Part shown: piece by piece, positions 20,475 through 30,000 of the stretch
Position numbering within the stretch: the stretch's first letter is position 1
Layout of the letters: every line of letters starts with the position of its first letter
From: an uncultured Solibacteraceae bacterium
GTDB taxonomy: Bacteria > Acidobacteriota > Vicinamibacteria > Vicinamibacterales > SCN-69-37
Length of the DNA: 44,251 nucleotides
Assembly: GCA_964355365.1 (NCBI GenBank)
Contig: CAYHEX010000003.1
Span: forward strand, 1 to 44,251
Direction: 5' to 3'
Translations under genes and position numbers: made by a program
The notes under the pieces: model-generated
Told to the model about the DNA's origin: nothing
Databases searched by the model: none
What the model saw: the letters and a program-made list of their open reading frames with translations, nothing else

Positions 20475-21587
20475 TCATCGCGAAGCCGCGGGCCCGTCTT
20501 CCGGGGCGCCGATCGGCAGCCACACCACAAACTCCGACCCCACCCCGACCGTCGTGGTCAGCGTGACGGCGCCGCCCAGCATCTCGACGAGGCCCTTGAC
20601 CACGGGCAATCCCAGCCCGGTTCCACCGAACGAGCGAGCAAACGCGGTCGCCACCTGTTCGAACGGCTCGAAGATCAACTGCGCCACTTCGGCGCGCATG
20701 CCGATGCCGGTGTCGCGCACCGAGATCGTCACGCCCCGCCCAGGCGTACAGGCCACGGCCACAAACACGGAGCCGCCGGGACCGGTGAACTTGATCGCGT
20801 TGTCGAGCAGGTTGGCGATGATTTGTTTGAGACGGCGCGCGTCGGTCCAGACCCCCGTCGGATCGACACCCTCGGGCGAATAGAGCCGGATCGATTTCGC
20901 CGCGGCCGCATGCCGCACGAAGGCCAGGCTGCTCTCGAGCACGTCGCCGATCGACACCAGCGAGATGTCGAGCACGACCTTGCCGCTCCGCAGTCGCATG
21001 ATGTCGAGCACGTCGTTGATGAGCGCCAACAGATGCCGCGCGCTGACGTCGACGGTTTGCGTGAGCTCGCGGCGGCGGACGATGTCGCCGTCGAGCTCAT
21101 CGAGCAGGAGCTCGGCGGAACCCAGAATCGCGTGCAGCGGCGTGCGGAGTTCGTGCGAAAACGTGGCGATGTCCAGATCGTGCTCGTGCACGCCCTGGAC
21201 CGGGTCGGCGGCCGCCGTCGCGCGCCCGCTCATCGGGGACACCACCATCAACACCGAAGTGACGACCGCCCCGGCGCCGCGCAAGGGCGTGAGACTGACG
21301 GTGGCCGCCAGTTCCGTGCGGTCGGGGTGGAGAAAGCTCTGGGAGACGACGCGGTCTTCCTGCAGGGCCCGCAGTTGGTGCGGCAGATCGGTGCGCAGCG
21401 GGCCGCCGCCGAGAAACACCGGCAGCGCACAGTTGCGCATGTCGGCGGGCGTGACGCCCAGCAGCACCGCCATGCGATCGCTCGCCATCAGAATCTGGCC
21501 GGCCGCAGACACGAGCATCACCGCAGCGGGCGACCGCACGAACGACTGGCGTTCGGCTGACGGTTCGCGCCGGCCCGGAATGCTCAT
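20475..21587 (-). CDS. Histidine kinase with degenerate PAS-like N-terminus
   Basis: FSHELRTPLH, NLLDNAIKFT, DTGIGM, GTGLGL. Start at ATG 21587 or GTG 21590, overlapping the upstream stop. Confidence 0.88.
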   Translation of the reverse strand: MSIPGRREPSAERQSFVRSPAAVMLVSAAGQILMASDRMAVLLGVTPADMRNCALPVFLGGGPLRTDLPHQLRALQEDRVVSQSFLHPDRTELAATVSLTPLRGAGAVVTSVLMVVSPMSGRATAAADPVQGVHEHDLDIATFSHELRTPLHAILGSAELLLDELDGDIVRRRELTQTVDVSARHLLALINDVLDIMRLRSGKVVLDISLVSIGDVLESSLAFVRHAAAAKSIRLYSPEGVDPTGVWTDARRLKQIIANLLDNAIKFTGPGGSVFVAVACTPGRGVTISVRDTGIGMRAEVAQLIFEPFEQVATAFARSFGGTGLGLPVVKGLVEMLGGAVTLTTTVGVGSEFVVWLPIGAPEDGPAASR

Positions 21588-22630
21588 CACGACACCGCAG
21601 CGCCGTCTGTGCGAAAGCTCGTCGCTTCGATGGCGTCGGCGACGCGTGGATCCACGCCGGCGTGCGGATCGCGCAACCGCATCATGGCGTCCATCGCGGC
21701 GGGACGCGGCTCGTAGCCGCGCAACGCGCTGCCGTCGATCGCCTCGCGCCACACCAGCATGCCCTTCAGAATGCGCACGGCCATCTCCATCGACGACGGC
21801 GTGGCCGTCTGATGCGCATCGGCGCGGTAGGTCGCGGAGAGTCGCGCGACGAGTTCGCCGGCCACCGGCATGCCAAGCGCCGACATGGCCCAGCGGCTTT
21901 CCTCGGGATAGCCCAGCTCGATCAACTCGAAGGCTTCGCGCGTCGAGAGACCCGCCACATCACCTGGCTGCGGATACACGCGTCGCCCGATTTCACTGAA
22001 GCACACCGCGCGTTCGAGCTCCGGAACGAGCGCGGCGTCGAGGGCGAGGCTCTTGGCCACCGCCGCGGTGTGCCGGCTGAACCCGCCGAGCCGCGCGGCG
22101 TCCTCGCCGGGCAGCAACGCGGCCGCCATCCGCTCGTTGGCGCGGAACGAGTACGACAGCACTTCGCGGATCTTCGCGAGCAACGCGTACCGCCGACCTG
22201 TGATGTCGGCGAGCGCGGCGGGCGGCCAGACCGCGGCCGGCTTCACCGCGGACGGCGCGAACGGCAGCGTGGCCAGCCCATGGCGCAAATCGCGACGCGA
22301 GTACGGCTTGACGAGATACCCCGAGATGTTCTCGCGGAGGGTGGCCGCGCCGGGCAGATCGTCGATGCCGGTGGCAAAGAACACGCGGGTCGACGGCACC
22401 GCCGCCTGCAGCTGCGATGCGAGCCAGACGCCGTCGTGTGCACCGGCGAGGTTCACATCGACAACGGCGAGCTCAGGGCGCAGCGATTTCGCCGCCGACA
22501 GCCCGGCCTCTGCCGTCGGATGCGCGGCGACCGTCCATCCCTCGTCCGCGAGCCACCCCGCCACACATTCACGAATGACATCGTCATCCTCGACGAGCAG
22601 GGCGGTGGGTCGAGCGTGTTGGGTCGCCAT
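21587..22630 (-). CDS. Response regulator, REC + degenerate HD-GYP-like output domain
   Basis: REC LLVEDD/VVDVNL/VKPY. C-terminal LERAVCFSEIGR, AVRILKG and GVDPRVADA align by eye with HD-GYP segments but lack HD and GYP. Confidence 0.75.
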   Translation of the reverse strand: MATQHARPTALLVEDDDVIRECVAGWLADEGWTVAAHPTAEAGLSAAKSLRPELAVVDVNLAGAHDGVWLASQLQAAVPSTRVFFATGIDDLPGAATLRENISGYLVKPYSRRDLRHGLATLPFAPSAVKPAAVWPPAALADITGRRYALLAKIREVLSYSFRANERMAAALLPGEDAARLGGFSRHTAAVAKSLALDAALVPELERAVCFSEIGRRVYPQPGDVAGLSTREAFELIELGYPEESRWAMSALGMPVAGELVARLSATYRADAHQTATPSSMEMAVRILKGMLVWREAIDGSALRGYEPRPAAMDAMMRLRDPHAGVDPRVADAIEATSFRTDGAAVS

Positions 22631-22750
22631 CTATCAAGGAGTCTGCGCCCGACGGCTCGGGGTCGCCATCAGGTGTATCCATGACCACCCGCCCAGAAAA
22701 TGCCCTGTGAATTCCGGAGCCACACCGCGGCCGCGGCGCGTGGCGCGTGT

Positions 22751-23506
22751 CTAGGGCCGGGTTGGCTGGACGCGGGGCCGTCGCGCATCGACCAGGCTGC
22801 GACTGATGTCCTCGAACACCAGTCGACAGCCGGACGGCCGCTCGACCAGCACCTCGTAGGTCGCCGCGAGGCCACCCGTGTCGGGCCGCCGGCTCATCAG
22901 GCGACAGAACCCACTGTCCATGGGCGTCGCCAGCGTCGCCCACGAGTCGGCCGGCAGCAGCGAGTGCCGTTGGCCCAGGTGAAGCGCCAGATCAAGACCA
23001 CGCGACACGGGCGGCAGCCCGAAGGCCTCGGCCGCCACCGGCGACGCGGCAATCACGCGACCGGCCGCATCCAGATCCACCCACAGCGCGAGATCCTCCT
23101 TCGCGGGCGCGGCATCCTGACCGGCGACCGGGTGCCGGCAGCGCCACACGCTGCTGATGCGCTCCAGCAGTTCGCGCGCGCAGAACGGCTTCGGGATGAA
23201 ATCGTCAACCCCGGCGAAGAACCCATTGAGGCGCTCGTCGTCGTCATACGCGGCACTCATGAGGATGATCGGCACGGTGGCGTTGATCGGCGCCGCGCGC
23301 AGTTCACGCGCCGCCGACACGCCGTCGAGCCCGGGCATCCGCACGTCGAGCACGATGGCATCGAACGCGTGACGCGTCGCAGCATTCACGGCCTGCGCGC
23401 CGTCCATCGCCTGCTGCACGTTCCAGCCGGCCGCCTTCATGTTGCTGCCGAGGATCAGGTGGATCACCGGGTCATCATCAGCGATCAGTACTGTGGGCGC
23501 CGTCAT
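22751..23506 (-). CDS. Response regulator, REC + PAS-like C-terminal domain
   Basis: VLIADDD, VLDVRMP, PKPF. C-terminal WVDLDAAGRVIAASPVAAEAFG...LVFEDIS is PAS-like. Confidence 0.85.
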   Translation of the reverse strand: MTAPTVLIADDDPVIHLILGSNMKAAGWNVQQAMDGAQAVNAATRHAFDAIVLDVRMPGLDGVSAARELRAAPINATVPIILMSAAYDDDERLNGFFAGVDDFIPKPFCARELLERISSVWRCRHPVAGQDAAPAKEDLALWVDLDAAGRVIAASPVAAEAFGLPPVSRGLDLALHLGQRHSLLPADSWATLATPMDSGFCRLMSRRPDTGGLAATYEVLVERPSGCRLVFEDISRSLVDARRPRVQPTRP

Positions 23507-24159
23507 TTGATGGGCCGATCGATGTGGGTCAGGCCATGGCGAATGGCGAAACGGACGAGTGACGCGACGTCGTGGAGATTCAAGCGGCGCATCAACTCGG
23601 TGCGGTGCGTGTCGACGGTGCTGCTGCTCAACTTCAGACGGAAGGCGATTTCCTTGGTGGAGAGTCCTTCCGCAATCAGCTGCAGCACTTCGCGTTGGCG
23701 CCGGCTGAGCGTACCGAGCGGATCGACGTCAACCGACCCGCCGGCCGCCCAGGCCGCGAAATAGTCGCCGACGGGCGACACGAAGTAGCTCTGACCGCGG
23801 CACACGGCGCGGATCGCGGCGAAGAGCTCCTCGACGGCCGCGCCCTTGAGCACGTAACCCTTGGCGCCGGACTTGACCGCGCGGCGCGCCGTCACTTCGT
23901 CGTCGTGCTGCGACAGCACGATCACCTTCGTGCGCGGAAACTCTTCCGACAGACGAGCCGTCGCTTCGAAACCATTGAGGCGCGGCATGCCGATGTCCAT
24001 CAGCACGAGGTCGGGCCCCAGGTCGCGCACGAGCTGCACCGCCTCGATGCCGTCCGCCGCCTCGCCCACCACGTCGATCGTGTGGTCGCGCGTGAGCAAG
24101 GCTCGGATCCCGGCCCGGATCAGGGCCTGATCATCAGCGATAACGACACGAAGTGGAAT
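23503..24159 (-). CDS. NarL/FixJ family response regulator (REC + LuxR HTH), start codon atypical
   Basis: In-frame IPLRVVIADDQALIRAGIRALL lies upstream of the ORF-track TTG at 24099; also LMDIGMP and LSRRQREVL...STKEIAFRLKLS. No ATG/GTG/TTG before the REC beta1 strand. ATT at 24159 follows GGAAAGAGG. Confidence 0.88.
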   Translation of the reverse strand: MPLRVVIADDQALIRAGIRALLTRDHTIDVVGEAADGIEAVQLVRDLGPDLVLMDIGMPRLNGFEATARLSEEFPRTKVIVLSQHDDEVTARRAVKSGAKGYVLKGAAVEELFAAIRAVCRGQSYFVSPVGDYFAAWAAGGSVDVDPLGTLSRRQREVLQLIAEGLSTKEIAFRLKLSSSTVDTHRTELMRRLNLHDVASLVRFAIRHGLTHIDRPIK

Positions 24160-24200
24160 ACGGCCTCTTTCCTGGCAGTCCGCCTGAAAGCCTCGTCTCG

Positions 24201-25691
24201 CTAGCTGCTCAAGACACTCGAACGATCGGTCACACCGACGCCATCTGCGGCGTCAGCCATTTCACTCCTGGGGCACGGGATGCCAAGCGTCACCGTGGTC
24301 CCCACACCTACGTTACTCTCAACGCTCACGTGGCCGCCCTGGAGCGTGATGAGCCGGTGTACCATGGCCAACCCCAATCCCGTGCCGCCGCGGCCGCTGC
24401 GCGTCGTGAAATACGGCTCGAAGATGCGCTCCTGCACCTCGGCGGACATGCCGCATCCGGTGTCGCGCACGCTCAGACACATCTCGGTGCCGGTCGGCGC
24501 GACTTCGCTGTGCCGCTCCTTCACCGTCAGCTCGACGGTTCCGGCGCCGCTGATCGCGTCCCGCGCATTCGCGACCAGATTCATCACGATGCGCTCCATC
24601 TGTAGAGGATCGGCAATCACGGGGCGACCTTCTGTGCGGATGGTCGTCACGAGCGCAACCTCCCCGAGCAGGTGCTGCAGCGACGGTTCGAGCTGCTTGA
24701 GGAGCGCCGACAGTTCCACGGGCTGGAGGTTGAGTGTGGCCACGCCCTTGGCCAGCGTGGTCGTGCGCTTCACCAGCTCAAACGCCTGCTCCGCACTGGC
24801 GTCGACGGTCGCGAGAATCGCCTGCACCTCGGGCTGGCCGCCGATCATCTTGCCGACCAACTCCACGCCGCCCTGAATCGCCATGAGGTAGTTGCCGAAG
24901 TCGTGCGCCAATCCGGCCGACGCCGCGAGCGCGGCCTGCACGCGTTCGTTCTGCTGTTTGCGCGCCTCGGCGCGCAGCCGCGCGTCGGCGCTGCGCAGCG
25001 ACACGATCAGCGACGGCCGCTCTTCCCACTCGGTCGCGGCAAACATGCCATCCATCGTGACGACCCCGCCGCGCGCGCCGGCGATCTTGACCATCAGGCT
25101 CGCAGACTGCCCAGGGTTGAGCGCCGAGAGCCGCTGGGCGATGGCCTCACGTCCATCCGGGATGACGGCCTCCAGAAAACCGCCATGCAGGTCGAGTTGT
25201 TCGCCCGCGGCGACATTCGCGAGCGACACGGCCCAGGTCTCACGATCCACGAGCATCGTCGGATCGGGCGAGGCGAGAAACACCATCTCGAATTGCTCGC
25301 GCGCATTCAGCAGACGGCGAAACCGGTTCATCTTGACGATCGTGCGCAGCCGCAGCTGCAGTTCGAGACGATCGAAGGGCTTCGAGATGAAATCGTCGGC
25401 GCCCGCCTCCAGACCCGCCAGCCGCGACGCACGATCTTCGAGCGCGCTGATCATGACGACCGGCACACCGAAGAGGGCTTTGGTTTTGCGGATCTGCTCG
25501 CACACGGCGAAACCGTCCATGAACGGCAGCATCACATCGAGCAACACGGCATCGGGACGTTCACGCTCGGCGATCTCGATGCCTTCCTCACCCGTCATGG
25601 CGGTCAGCACCCTGAACTCTCCGCCCAGCGCATGACGAATCGTCGTCACGCTCGACGGTGTGTCATCGATGACCAGAATCGTGGGTGTCAT
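24201..25691 (-). CDS. Hybrid REC-PAS-like-HisKA-HATPase kinase (NtrB/CckA-type H box)
   Basis: N-terminal REC ILVIDD/LLDVMLP/SKPF; LAHDFGNYL; NLVANARDA; DTGCGM; IFEPYFTT; GTGLGL. Confidence 0.92.
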   Translation of the reverse strand: MTPTILVIDDTPSSVTTIRHALGGEFRVLTAMTGEEGIEIAERERPDAVLLDVMLPFMDGFAVCEQIRKTKALFGVPVVMISALEDRASRLAGLEAGADDFISKPFDRLELQLRLRTIVKMNRFRRLLNAREQFEMVFLASPDPTMLVDRETWAVSLANVAAGEQLDLHGGFLEAVIPDGREAIAQRLSALNPGQSASLMVKIAGARGGVVTMDGMFAATEWEERPSLIVSLRSADARLRAEARKQQNERVQAALAASAGLAHDFGNYLMAIQGGVELVGKMIGGQPEVQAILATVDASAEQAFELVKRTTTLAKGVATLNLQPVELSALLKQLEPSLQHLLGEVALVTTIRTEGRPVIADPLQMERIVMNLVANARDAISGAGTVELTVKERHSEVAPTGTEMCLSVRDTGCGMSAEVQERIFEPYFTTRSGRGGTGLGLAMVHRLITLQGGHVSVESNVGVGTTVTLGIPCPRSEMADAADGVGVTDRSSVLSS

Positions 25692-25848
25692 ACCAAGTGT
25701 CCTTCCACCATCAGGTGTTTCTGTTGCCTCGTGAACCTATCACCATTGTCGGCCGGCCTCCGGCCCACGACTAGTCGGCGAATGAACGATCCGGGCACCA
25801 TGTGAACACCCGACCCCTCGCGCATCGCCAGCCTGCTACCGTCCTCGG

Positions 25849-26556
25849 GTGGCTCGCGACACCGACAGCCGACCGCCCGAAATGCTGGCGCTGCTCAATC
25901 ACGAACTCCGCACGCCCCTGACGACCATCCGCAGCGCGATCGGGCTGCTGAAGAGCGGCGTCACCGGCCCGATGACCGAGGAGTCCGCCGAGATTCTGGA
26001 TCTCGCCGAGCGCAGCGTGTTCCGCCTGCAGGAAGTGGTCAACGACCTCCTGTACGTGCAGCGGCTCGAGCCCGGCGCCGCCACGCCGCTGGAACTGAGG
26101 ACCGTGGCGCTCGATCGCATCATCGCGCGCGCAGTCGCGCAGGCGTCGGCGACGGCACGATCGGTCGGCGTCTCCATCGCGACCACGGCAACGGATCGTC
26201 GGGTGCGCGCGAACGCCACGTATCTGGCCGACGCGCTGACGCGGCTCCTGCTCAACGCGCTCCAGCACTCGCCGCTCCACGGCACGGTCGACATCCGCTG
26301 CCGGCTCCGGCGCGCAGGCGTGCGCATCGAGGTCTGCGATCGTGGTCCGGGACTGCCGGAGGGCTTTGGCGCGCGGGGGTTTCACGCGTTCGAACAAGCG
26401 TCGACCGGCGATGCACGCAGTCATAACGGGCTCGGCATCGGACTGGCAATCAGCGAACAGATCGCGCAGGCGCACCATGGGAGACTCGGTGCCGCGTCGC
26501 GGCGCGGCGGCGGCGCCATCTTCTGGATCGAACTGCCGGTGGTCCCGAAACCCTGA
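25849..26556 (+). CDS. Sensorless HisKA-HATPase histidine kinase
   Basis: LNHELRTPLT about 17 aa from the start, RLLLNALQHS, DRGPGL, GLGIGL. Paralogous to the kinase core of 13851..15314. Confidence 0.82.
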   Translation: MARDTDSRPPEMLALLNHELRTPLTTIRSAIGLLKSGVTGPMTEESAEILDLAERSVFRLQEVVNDLLYVQRLEPGAATPLELRTVALDRIIARAVAQASATARSVGVSIATTATDRRVRANATYLADALTRLLLNALQHSPLHGTVDIRCRLRRAGVRIEVCDRGPGLPEGFGARGFHAFEQASTGDARSHNGLGIGLAISEQIAQAHHGRLGAASRRGGGAIFWIELPVVPKP

Positions 26557-26575
26557 CGCGTTCGATCCGCCCCGA

Positions 26576-26950
26576 CTAGTTGGCCGTGGCCGCGCGACAG
26601 AGGCGCTCGAGAACGTCCAACGGCGCGAACGGTTTAGGCACGTAGTCGACCACACCGGCGAAGAACCCATTCATCTGCGCCGTTTCGCTGGCCGCGGCGC
26701 TCATGAGGATGATCGGCGCCATGCATTCGACCCCGCGGGCGCGCAACGCCCGCGCCGTGGCCACGCCGTCAGGCCCCGGCATCTTCACGTCCAGCAAGAT
26801 CACATCGAACGCGTGTTGGAGGGCAGCCTCGACAGCCTGCCTGCCGTCCATCGCCTTTCGAACCTTCCAGCCGGCTCCGGACAGCACGGGTCCAAGGATC
26901 AGGTGAATGGCGGGATCATCATCAACGATCAACACGGTGCGTTTGCGCAT
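26576..26950 (-). CDS. Single-domain response regulator (REC)
   Basis: C-terminal part of ORF 26576..27535: MRKRTVLIVDDD, LLDVKMP, PKPF. Close paralog of the REC in 22751..23506. Confidence 0.9.
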   Translation of the reverse strand: MRKRTVLIVDDDPAIHLILGPVLSGAGWKVRKAMDGRQAVEAALQHAFDVILLDVKMPGPDGVATARALRARGVECMAPIILMSAAASETAQMNGFFAGVVDYVPKPFAPLDVLERLCRAATAN

Positions 26951-27023
26951 GGAAACCCTAGTGTGTCGGATACGCACGCGGCGGCCAATCCCCAGAAGGT
27001 GGGACACGGGCTCCGCCGCTGTT

Positions 27024-30000
27024 TTAGCGCTTGTTCCGTTCGTGCTCGCAGCCGTCGCCCTTCTTGTGGCCGTTCTTGCCGAGCTCGTGGTCGCACTTGT
27101 CGCCGTTCCCGTGCCGCTCTTCACTGCCCTTGCGGCCCTTCTCGTGATCGCCGTCTTCGCAGCCGTCGCCCTTGGCATGTCCGCTCGGCAGCGTGACCCT
27201 GGTCGAGTCATACAGGGCGCCGTCGTCGACGGGCGTCGCGTGCCGGCCCTGATCGCGGGGCACGCCCACCGTGACCTCGCCCGTGCAGCTGGCGCCGAGG
27301 CTGTCGGCAGCCGTGAAGGTGATGTGATACACACGACCGTTGCCGCGGACCTTGTTGCGTCCGTCGCGCTCGTGTTCGCAGCTGTCATTTTTCTTGTGGC
27401 CCTTCGCGCCACGCTCGTGGTCGCAGCGGTCGCCGTCGCGATGATCGTTGTCATCCTCGCGGTCGCCGACGCGCTCTGCGCGCACCGACGCGGTGCTCGT
27501 CCCGATGCCCTTGCCGTCGACGCTGGTCTCGCCATCGCCGCTGGAATCCGTCGGCTCGTCCTGGAAGATGCTCAGGATCCGGATCGCGATCGGACCACCG
27601 TCCGCGTCCGTCACGCCGTTGATCGTGATCGGCGTCCACTTGTGGTTCGGCGTCCAGAGCAGCGACTGTGACGGCGTCGCGGCCGTGCACACCGGCGTCG
27701 CGTTGGTGATCGTCAGCGTGCCGTTGGTGCTCGTCACGGTGTAGTTCGCCAGCGTGCTGGTCGGATCGGCCAGCGCCGGCACGATCGCATACGCGCCAGG
27801 GACGCGCGATCCGGTGCCGGTCGAACGGTAGGTGGCGGTGATCGCGTCACCGGTCATCACGCCCGTCAGCACGCCATCGAGCGAGGGGTCGGCGGCCAGG
27901 TACGAGCGCGTCGTGTTATTGGCCATGACGGAGAGCGGCGCCGGGGTGATGGTGATGGTCGCCGAGGCCGTGGCCGACAGGTGGTTCTCGTCGCCTGCGA
28001 ATGCGCAGGTCGCCGTGTAGACGCCGGCCTTGACCGGCGTCTGGTCGGCGTAGGTGAGCGTGCCCGTGAGGCCGTCGCTGATGGTGCAGGTCGTGCCGTG
28101 CTGTGTGCCCGTGTAGGTCGCCGTCACCGGCGCCGTCGTCGCGGTGACCGCCTTCTTCGCGATCGTCACCGTGCCGAGCACGGATCTGAACTTGTAGTTA
28201 TCCGACCTCGCCCCATAGCAAATGGTGACCCGTCGCGTGCCCGCGCCGCTGGTCGTCGTGTAGCTGGTCGTGCAGCGGGGCGCGGTGAGCAGCGCGGCCG
28301 CCGTCTCGTCGCCGACGAAGCCGTCGAACTGTGCGGTGATCTCCGGCACGGCGTCGCCGTAGGTCAGCGAGACGCTCGAGGCGGTGATCGTCAGCGGCGC
28401 CGGGGTGATGGTCACCGCCGCCGAGCCCGACACGGCATCGTTGTTCATGTCGCCCGCGAAGTCGCAGGTCGCCAGGTAAGTGCCCGCCGCCGTCGGCGCA
28501 TCCGCGACCGGACCGTAGAGCGTCGGCGCCACGCCGCTGTAGCTGAGCGTGCCGTCGAACCCGTCGCTCACCGCGCAGGTGGTGCCATGCGCCGTCGCCG
28601 AGTACCTGGCCGTGACCGGCGTGACCGTGACCGTGGCGGGCCTGAGGGCATGAACGCAGGCGTCCACGTCCTGGCTCGACGCGCGTGTCGTCTCCGTCGT
28701 GTCTGTCGTGAAGCTCGCCGTGTTCGTGATGGTCGTGCACTGGCCGGGCACGCCGTCGAACGTCTTCGCATACGTGAACGCGACGGGATTCGTGTCCGCT
28801 GCTGTCACCGTGCCGAGTCGACCCTGCAACGTGTCGTCAACGACCGCGCTGCCGTCGATGGCGCTGATGACCGCGGTTGCGAAGTCCACCGACGTGGACG
28901 CCGACGCCTGGAACGTGCTCCAGGTGGCGGCCACAGTGACCGTCCCGGGCGCCGGCGCGCCCGTGTAGTCGCAGCGGTAGGGCAGTTCATCGTGGCTGCC
29001 CGCCGGAATGCTCACGGTGCCACCGCCGGTCAGCACGCACGTGCCGCCGTTGTTCACGGCGCTCGTCACCACGATGTTGTCGATGGCGGTGTTGCCGGGA
29101 TTCGACAGGCGGATCGCGCCCGTGGTCTGCCACGCGGAATCGACGCCCGCGTCATGCTGCATCGTCACGGTGTAGTTGAACGTCGCGGGGCCGCCGGCGG
29201 TCTTTACCTGCGTGTGGTCGACCGTCTTCGTGATGTTCCACCCGAACGCGCGCGTCAGGCTCGGGAATGTCGTCGCGGTGAGGATCACGGTGTTCGTGCT
29301 GCAGCCGGTCGGGCAGTAGGGGTTCGTGTCGCCAAAGTCCGGCGCCTGGATGGAATCACCCGGATGCAGCGTGATCGTGGTCGTGCCCTCGACCGGCGCC
29401 GTCGGCTGCCAGTCGGGACCGAACGTGCCCTGCGTGAGCGTGACCGACTGGGTCGACGAGCTGGTGGCAAACCCGGAGTAGGCAAACGACACGCAGCCCT
29501 CGTCGCCGGTCTGCGCACTGGCCGTGCCGCCGTCAACGCCGCTCGCCGTCACCGGCCAGTGCGGCATGAGCGGTTCGCCCGTGTTCTGGAGGCCGTCGCC
29601 ATTCAGGTCGTTGAACGCGCACACGGAGACGTGCGCGGCTTTCGGCGCTGACGCCGTGACCGTGAAGGCGAGGGTCTTGCTCGCGGAGGTGCAGAAGCCG
29701 AATGTCTTCCGGTCGCCGTCCTCCGGGCAGTTCGAGGGGTTGTAGTTGGCCAACGGCGTGAACCACACCTTGTAGCCGCCGACCTGGTTGGGTGTGTCGG
29801 CGAAGGGCGCCAACTGGACGGGTGTCTTGCTGCTGCTGGTGACGCCTTTGGTGTGGTAGCACGCGGGGGTGCCGTATCCGCCGGCGGTGTCGGCGGGCAC
29901 GCCGTTCATCTTCCCGCTGGACACGGTGATCACGCGGCACTTGATGTCGTCCGACGACAGCAACTGGGTGCCGCTCGAGTCGGTCACCATGAAGTAGTAA

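Noticed and set aside
26951-27535. N-terminal extension of ORF 26576..27535
   Set aside because: Off-frame overlap with the secreted protein's 3' end; the REC domain begins at ATG 26950.
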